From: Tetramitus jugosus
Lineage: Eukaryota > Protista > Heterolobosea
Assembly (NCBI GenBank): GCA_937625935.1
Contig: OW569346.1
Location: forward strand, 62,001-126,000
DNA length: 64,000 nt
Reading direction: 5' to 3'
The translations under genes were made by a program, and so were the position numbers. Numbering within the stretch: position 1 is the first letter of the stretch; each line of letters starts with the position of its first letter. Below are positions 58,607-64,000 of the stretch, piece by piece. The notes beneath the pieces are model-generated. The model had not been told where the DNA came from. It saw only the letters and a program-made list of their open reading frames with translations, and ran no database searches.

Positions 58607-59779
58607 TTATTTTTTTGACATGTACTCATCTAACTCTTGATCTAAATCTCGATTGACTTTTTTCTTGCGATAATCAGAATGTTTGACTGTTGGAGTCACA
58701 CGGCCTGTTCGTCGACCACTAACAACAGTAGCGCTTTGGGAATCCTTGACTACTCTCTCACTGGAAAATTTGCTGCGGTTAATGATGAGCTGGTCAGCCT
58801 CTCTCATCGAAGTTTCGCCCCGATAGCTTGACACCTTTCGCTGTTGTTGTGGACGATATGGTTTCTTCTCACTCTTGCGATTATCCAATATATCGGTGTC
58901 CAAGATGACACGTACATTTGATCTTTGTGTTTGAGTCTTGTTGTATGGTACACGAGAATAGGTTCGATCAGAGGAACGTGTAACACGGAAGTGTCTTTGT
59001 GTCGAAGAAGGTTCATTTTCTAGAGTGTCCAATTCATCTTCTCCTTGTTCCTCTTGTTCCTCCTGATCCTCCTCTTTTTTGCCTTTACGCTCTGTGATTG
59101 CTCCTCGAGAGGAGACCGAGAGCGGCGTCGCAGAGTGAGAGGATGACTTGAGCAAGGTAACTCTCATTTGTTGACCAAAAACCTCAGTGTTGTGATAAGC
59201 TTGAACAACATTTTCAGCATCGTGTACATTGGACATGTACACGTGCATGGTACCCAGAGATTGACCACGCGAATCAACCTTGTGCTCAATCTTGACAATG
59301 TGACCTACATCTTGAAACAGGTTTTGGATGTCATGTGTGGACACTGATGAACGCAAATTGGTCACCAACAACTTCACAGCCTTGTCCAAGCTTGGAGCAG
59401 AAGCAGTTGCAGAAATCGTAGAGGCAATTTGGCGCTGTTTTTTGGGATCGCGATTCAATTTTTGGCGCGAATCTCCACCCCGACGATTTTGGCCGGTGCG
59501 ATCTTGAGAGTCATCAGATGCACTGTCATAGCGATCATCATCATCACTCTCACTACTTTGAGCTCTGTCATACGAGTCGTCACTTCTTCTTCTTCTCTTT
59601 TGTGATCTCGAAGAAGAAAAATCGTGAGTTCTTTGGTTGCGATCGTACGAAGAATAACGCCTTGAGCTGTTGTGTGTGTCGCTGTTTGCATTATCCACGT
59701 TGCGACGTGGATTGTGAGAAGCCACCACTCTTCTCACTTCGTCTGGATGAACATGTCCAGCAGCAACCACTCTTCTCAT
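58607..59779 (-). CDS. ALYREF/THOC4/Yra1-like RRM protein
   Basis: RRM LLVTNL..VSTHDIQNLF..G..DSRGQSLGT..; C-terminal DLDQELDEYM motif; RS-rich regions. Confidence 0.75.
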   Translation of the reverse strand: MRRVVAAGHVHPDEVRRVVASHNPRRNVDNANSDTHNSSRRYSSYDRNQRTHDFSSSRSQKRRRRSDDSYDRAQSSESDDDDRYDSASDDSQDRTGQNRRGGDSRQKLNRDPKKQRQIASTISATASAPSLDKAVKLLVTNLRSSVSTHDIQNLFQDVGHIVKIEHKVDSRGQSLGTMHVYMSNVHDAENVVQAYHNTEVFGQQMRVTLLKSSSHSATPLSVSSRGAITERKGKKEEDQEEQEEQGEDELDTLENEPSSTQRHFRVTRSSDRTYSRVPYNKTQTQRSNVRVILDTDILDNRKSEKKPYRPQQQRKVSSYRGETSMREADQLIINRSKFSSERVVKDSQSATVVSGRRTGRVTPTVKHSDYRKKKVNRDLDQELDEYMSKK

Positions 59780-60044
59780 TCTTTTTTTGTTGTTGATTTT
59801 TCAGGCTTGTGTGGATTGGGCGAGTGTGAAAGAAGACTTTGGTGTTTTGTGATTGAAAGACGATTGGAGGGAATGAAATCCAACCAATATTTCCTAGTTT
59901 TTATTGTACAATGGGGCAACAACCTGGTCCGAATGAACATTTCCCTCCTGTTGAGAGCTTTGCAGAGAAACAGTTGTTAGCTTATAATGAGTTGTGATCC
60001 TAGTTACGACTCTGTGTCGTCGTTGCAAAGCATGATGCTCTGTG

Positions 60045-60704
60045 TTAGTTCATTCCTAGTGCTTTGTAATACATTTCAGCAGAGTAATCTTCCTCAACCA
60101 CCCTATTTGTGTACAAGGGAGAATCATATTCACTCTCACAGAGGTTTGTAGTTGAGTCTTGTTCCTGTTCTTGTTCGAGGAGACTGTCCACATCCACATC
60201 GCTCTCTGCATCAGGAGAAACCATTGGTGAATGTTGGCCATTAGAGAGAGACTGTTCCTCTTCCATCGTGGTTGTTGTCGAGTCAAACTTGAGGGGAAAC
60301 TTGTATTGGTCCAGTACTATTTTCAACTCTTCTGAGCTAGTGTCTTGGTTGACCGTCTTTCGCCAACCGTTTCTTCGAAACAATGAATGCCTCGAAGAGG
60401 CCAGAAGTTGGATGAGGGTTTCTGTGTCTCTTGACAGGAATTCAAGTTGAGTTTCTGTAACAACAGATGTTGTCGTTGTTGTAGTTGTCGTTGTCGTGGA
60501 AGAAGCTGTCTCCACACTCAACATGACGACCTTTCCTTGTTCCTCGTGGTTCACAACATCGATCTCTGCGTGACAGTAATACTCTCTATTCATATTTTCT
60601 CTTGAGGAACCCCAGCTGACATTCTTGTTGAATTGGTCTTGAGTTCCTCGGCCGTTCAATGTTGCCGTTGGTTCTTCTGAGAAGTATGGATCAGTTATTC
60701 CCAT
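60045..60704 (-). CDS. Hypothetical acidic protein
   Basis: 219-aa ATG ORF with a poly-Thr tract; no domain recognised. Confidence 0.5.
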   Translation of the reverse strand: MGITDPYFSEEPTATLNGRGTQDQFNKNVSWGSSRENMNREYYCHAEIDVVNHEEQGKVVMLSVETASSTTTTTTTTTTSVVTETQLEFLSRDTETLIQLLASSRHSLFRRNGWRKTVNQDTSSEELKIVLDQYKFPLKFDSTTTTMEEEQSLSNGQHSPMVSPDAESDVDVDSLLEQEQEQDSTTNLCESEYDSPLYTNRVVEEDYSAEMYYKALGMN

Positions 60705-61311
60705 GATTTATCTTTTAGCAAATTTTATGGTCCAATGATTGGTCTTCAATCGATTCAATCTCGCTGACAATGAGCTACAGAGCGTATAGATGTATGGATG
60801 GATCTATGAAGAACTAGTGGCAGGCAGGTATTGTATTGGGTTTTATAGGAGGTTTTTTTGGGTGAAGAACAACAACAAGTGTTCGGGCGAGTGGTGTTGG
60901 ATATGACAACTCCTGAAGTGTCCAGAGTGCGAACGACTGTGCAAATCAGGAACGTAATTTTAAGCTTTTTTGTACTGTAGCACCTCCATAAATACAACAA
61001 TCTAGATCCGGTAAAATAAACGAGCGCGTTTTGGTATTCGACAATGACTAGAGTGAATGAGCGGTTCCGTTTCACATTCCAGAATGGAGTCCCCATCTGA
61101 CTCTGAACAAAAAGTTTCCATTTGGAGCGACAACGATACAAGAATCTTCCCAAAGCAGTTTTCAACATAATTCACATAATTTTTAGTTTCTTCGGTATGG
61201 GATACTTTTCATGTCATAAACACGCAACGATTCCTATACAACTGATTCGAAAGACGATACGCTTGAATATTGGAAGGAAACTGCTGCACTATTTACAGTG
61301 AGAGGCACGTA

Positions 61312-62241
61312 TTATGATGTGGTGGACTTGGACGATGATTGCTGCAGCAATTGCAACTGACTTCGATTGATCCGCAGTTCGATCCACGAACACGGAGCCA
61401 CTCCAATGGTCTCCAAGTCTGTCCGCAACCGCCACTCGACATTGCCCGCACCGTATCTCACCTTGTACACATTCTCATTCTGATTGCGCAAGAATTGCCG
61501 CAGAGCTTTTTCCGTTTGTGAACCAGCGTTCCACAGTGGCAGCCAGGTGAGACCGCACGTGAACACACCAAGCACCGCAAACGCAGCAATCTTTCCCACA
61601 CAGGGCACATTCTTCTGAATGATGCCATTGATATTTAACATGGTATAGTAAAAGTCATCTGGATGAATGAGGCCTTGACGAGAACGATCACCACCACCAT
61701 CACCATGACCATGACCATGATTTCCAGAGTGAGCAGCAGCATTCTCACCGTCTTCTTCTTCCTCTTGGACAGCACCATCCTCACCATCATCACAACCGTT
61801 GAGCAACAACAACTCTTCTGGATACTCTTCTTCGAATTGTAGTGGAAGACCACCAAAGTATGCATCTGTGCTCATTTTGATCACAATGGTATCTATATCC
61901 TTATCATTTCCACCACCACCACCACCACCACCAGCATCATCATCATCAACATGTTGTTGTTGTTGGTTCATGAGTTCCATCGAGTCATTTTCATTTTCAT
62001 CTTGATGATGATCGTCATGATGATCTGCTTCCTCGTGATTGAATTGGACTGCTGGATGAATACTTGATTTGTTCTTTTTGTGCTTTTTCTGTGTGCCAGA
62101 GTCATCATCGTAGTAGTAGTAATCGTGATAGTGGTGATCATGGTTTTGATGATCATTGTGATAGAGAATTCGATTCTTAATCTTGTTGCCTGTCATGACC
62201 AGGGGATAGCACTGGGGACAAACACACAAAAAGAGTGACAT
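61312..62241 (-). CDS. Erf4/GOLGA7/CHIC-family protein
   Basis: FEEEYPEEL..IHPDDF..INGI..GVFTCGL..L..FL..QN..Y..VEWRL pattern; low-complexity N-terminus. Confidence 0.65.
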   Translation of the reverse strand: MSLFLCVCPQCYPLVMTGNKIKNRILYHNDHQNHDHHYHDYYYYDDDSGTQKKHKKNKSSIHPAVQFNHEEADHHDDHHQDENENDSMELMNQQQQHVDDDDAGGGGGGGGNDKDIDTIVIKMSTDAYFGGLPLQFEEEYPEELLLLNGCDDGEDGAVQEEEEDGENAAAHSGNHGHGHGDGGGDRSRQGLIHPDDFYYTMLNINGIIQKNVPCVGKIAAFAVLGVFTCGLTWLPLWNAGSQTEKALRQFLRNQNENVYKVRYGAGNVEWRLRTDLETIGVAPCSWIELRINRSQLQLLQQSSSKSTTS

Positions 62242-62415
62242 GATATGTGGATCAATGAATGATTGGTTTTTTTGATGGATCTCACACAGGTTGAACTTTT
62301 TACTTTTCAGGAGGAAGAGAGATCTTAGCCATTCAAGAGTTTTTACACCACCACGAATGACTTGCGAATTCGGATGGATCTAACCACTGGCTGGGTTGCA
62401 TAATTTACGAATAAT

Positions 62416-64000
62416 TTATTGAACTCGAGGAAAGCTATGTGTTCCACTTCTTGGGCTGCTGATTGGGTTGTAATTTGTTATGGCCACACTTGTGGCAAAG
62501 TGATGAGAAGAAGGCTGGGTGATTGGATTCTTTCTCATGCTCTTTATCTTGTTACTATGTACTACACTGATGATCGATCGTCCACTACTTCGGAAACTTC
62601 CTATTGTTGTTGGTGTTTGGATAGGCTGGACTATGATAGGGTGCATTGAGGAAGGTGTTGCACTTCCAATCCGATTTGATCGTCTACTAGAAGCAGTTCT
62701 CGAGAACTTTTCTGCCTCTCGATTTACTGAACTTCCTGCGTTTGTCAAATAGGAAGTTTCTGATGGAGTTGGGGCTGCTGGAACGTTGTTACCAGTATTG
62801 GTGTTGGTACTTGATTGTTCAAACTGCATGGCTGCAACTCTGATAGGATGACGCGCATTCGTTGTTGGACCTCCCGTCCATTGTGTGGGTATTAATGATC
62901 CTTGATCGGGTTGTTGATTGAGCAAGGAGTTTGGAGCACTGCCTGGTGCAGTGAATATGTTGGCTGGTGTTGATCCAGAGAAATCTTGGTTCAAGAACAT
63001 ATTTGCTCTATGTCGTTCGTCAGACAGTATCTCACGTCCATCCAAAATGTAGAGTGAGGGACAATGGTAGATAATAGTTGGTCTGTAAATACTTTTTCTC
63101 GATATAGGATTAAATGCTAGGGAGAGTTCTGTTAGTTCAGCTTGCCGACATAGCTCTGCCAGACGTTCAATTTCCGATGCATCAGTAACACGGTTACATG
63201 CACAGTACAGCACAGATAAATTCCCAAAGTATTGAATTCCATCTAGTGATCGCAATCCATTTTCTTCAATATGAAGAAGTCTTAAATTAGGGATGTAATC
63301 CAACTCACATACAGCCGAAGATGGTTGATGGTCCAAGAATCTAATTCTGTTCTTGTCCAAATAGAGTTCCTGCAGTGTTGTGCAACCCTGAAGCCCTTCA
63401 ATTTTTGTGATGTCATTCCGACTCAAGATGAGTACCTTTAGTCTCTTCAATTTTCCTAAGGAGAGGCAGGTCATGTTGGACAAGTGATTTTCTTCCAGAC
63501 TTAGTTCTTCCAAGTTAACTAGTTTTTCGAAGTATCTACCGATCGTGAAACCCATTGGATTTGAGTTACAAGTCTCACCCAACTTGTTTTTATCTAGGCG
63601 AAGAACTTTTAGGGTGGATGTAATAGATTGAAGTCCATTTAAAGTATTGATTAGGTTGTTCTGTAGATATAGCTCCAGTAGCATGGTAAACTTGTCGAAC
63701 AACGGACCAGTGGTGTTGCTAAGGTCTCTCAAGCTAGTGTTGTTTAGATTCAAGGCTAACACCGCTCCGTAATCTTCTGACCCGCCCGTAACTTCTCTTA
63801 ACACATCTGTTGTGATCTTTCCTGTAAACTCTTCTCGAGCTTGTTGAACCTCTTGAGAATCAACACTCACTCCATCCAAGACTTTCAATCTTTTCAAGTG
63901 AAAAATTGAGTGCAAACGATACTGGTTCTGAGAACATATGGGATTTCCACTTAAATCTAGAATGATTAGTTTCGCCAATGGCTTCAAATACATAATTTCT
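62416..64000 (-). CDS. LRRC9-like leucine-rich-repeat ciliary protein, 5'-partial
   Basis: SDS22-type LRRs with LRRcap motifs (GNPIC..YRL..IFHLK.LK.LDG; NPIS..YR..I..L..LDG); the frame is open to the window edge. Confidence 0.72.
   Translation of the reverse strand, partial: EIMYLKPLAKLIILDLSGNPICSQNQYRLHSIFHLKRLKVLDGVSVDSQEVQQAREEFTGKITTDVLREVTGGSEDYGAVLALNLNNTSLRDLSNTTGPLFDKFTMLLELYLQNNLINTLNGLQSITSTLKVLRLDKNKLGETCNSNPMGFTIGRYFEKLVNLEELSLEENHLSNMTCLSLGKLKRLKVLILSRNDITKIEGLQGCTTLQELYLDKNRIRFLDHQPSSAVCELDYIPNLRLLHIEENGLRSLDGIQYFGNLSVLYCACNRVTDASEIERLAELCRQAELTELSLAFNPISRKSIYRPTIIYHCPSLYILDGREILSDERHRANMFLNQDFSGSTPANIFTAPGSAPNSLLNQQPDQGSLIPTQWTGGPTTNARHPIRVAAMQFEQSSTNTNTGNNVPAAPTPSETSYLTNAGSSVNREAEKFSRTASSRRSNRIGSATPSSMHPIIVQPIQTPTTIGSFRSSGRSIISVVHSNKIKSMRKNPITQPSSHHFATSVAITNYNPISSPRSGTHSFPRVQ

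Overview
Gene-dense eukaryotic genomic DNA using the standard genetic code, with few spliceosomal GT-AG introns (several with CTAAC branch points). The gene content (RGS fusions, a sAC-type cyclase, EGF/REJ/GPS receptors, ciliary LRRC9) suggests a heterolobosean, Naegleria-like protist; this is inference only. Housekeeping genes include PRP16, CCT7, 5-oxoprolinase, CASP/Coy1, an ALYREF-like protein, an MFS transporter, a phytol-kinase-like protein, a UBX protein and two tRNAs. Two accessory regions stand out. (1) 28.1-32.3 kb: a two-gene cassette inserted between divergent host genes. It encodes a RAG1/Transib-like DDE transposase (NBD-like, D-D-E and C2H2 motifs; one in-frame TAA) tail-to-tail with an unknown non-kelch partner ORF, an arrangement like ProtoRAG/RAG1-RAG2. 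(2) 45.7-58.6 kb: a decayed mobile-element island around tRNA-Lys. It holds three copies of an RRM/ORF1-like repeat, a P-element-like transposase followed by DEDDh exonuclease and PHD modules that converges on an ISL2EU/Harbinger-like transposase, a MULE fragment, an M35-prodomain-like fragment and a Crinkler-like nuclease-kinase. A 31-bp sequence (30/31 identical, inverted) links the two regions. All family calls come from motif recognition by eye; no searches were run.
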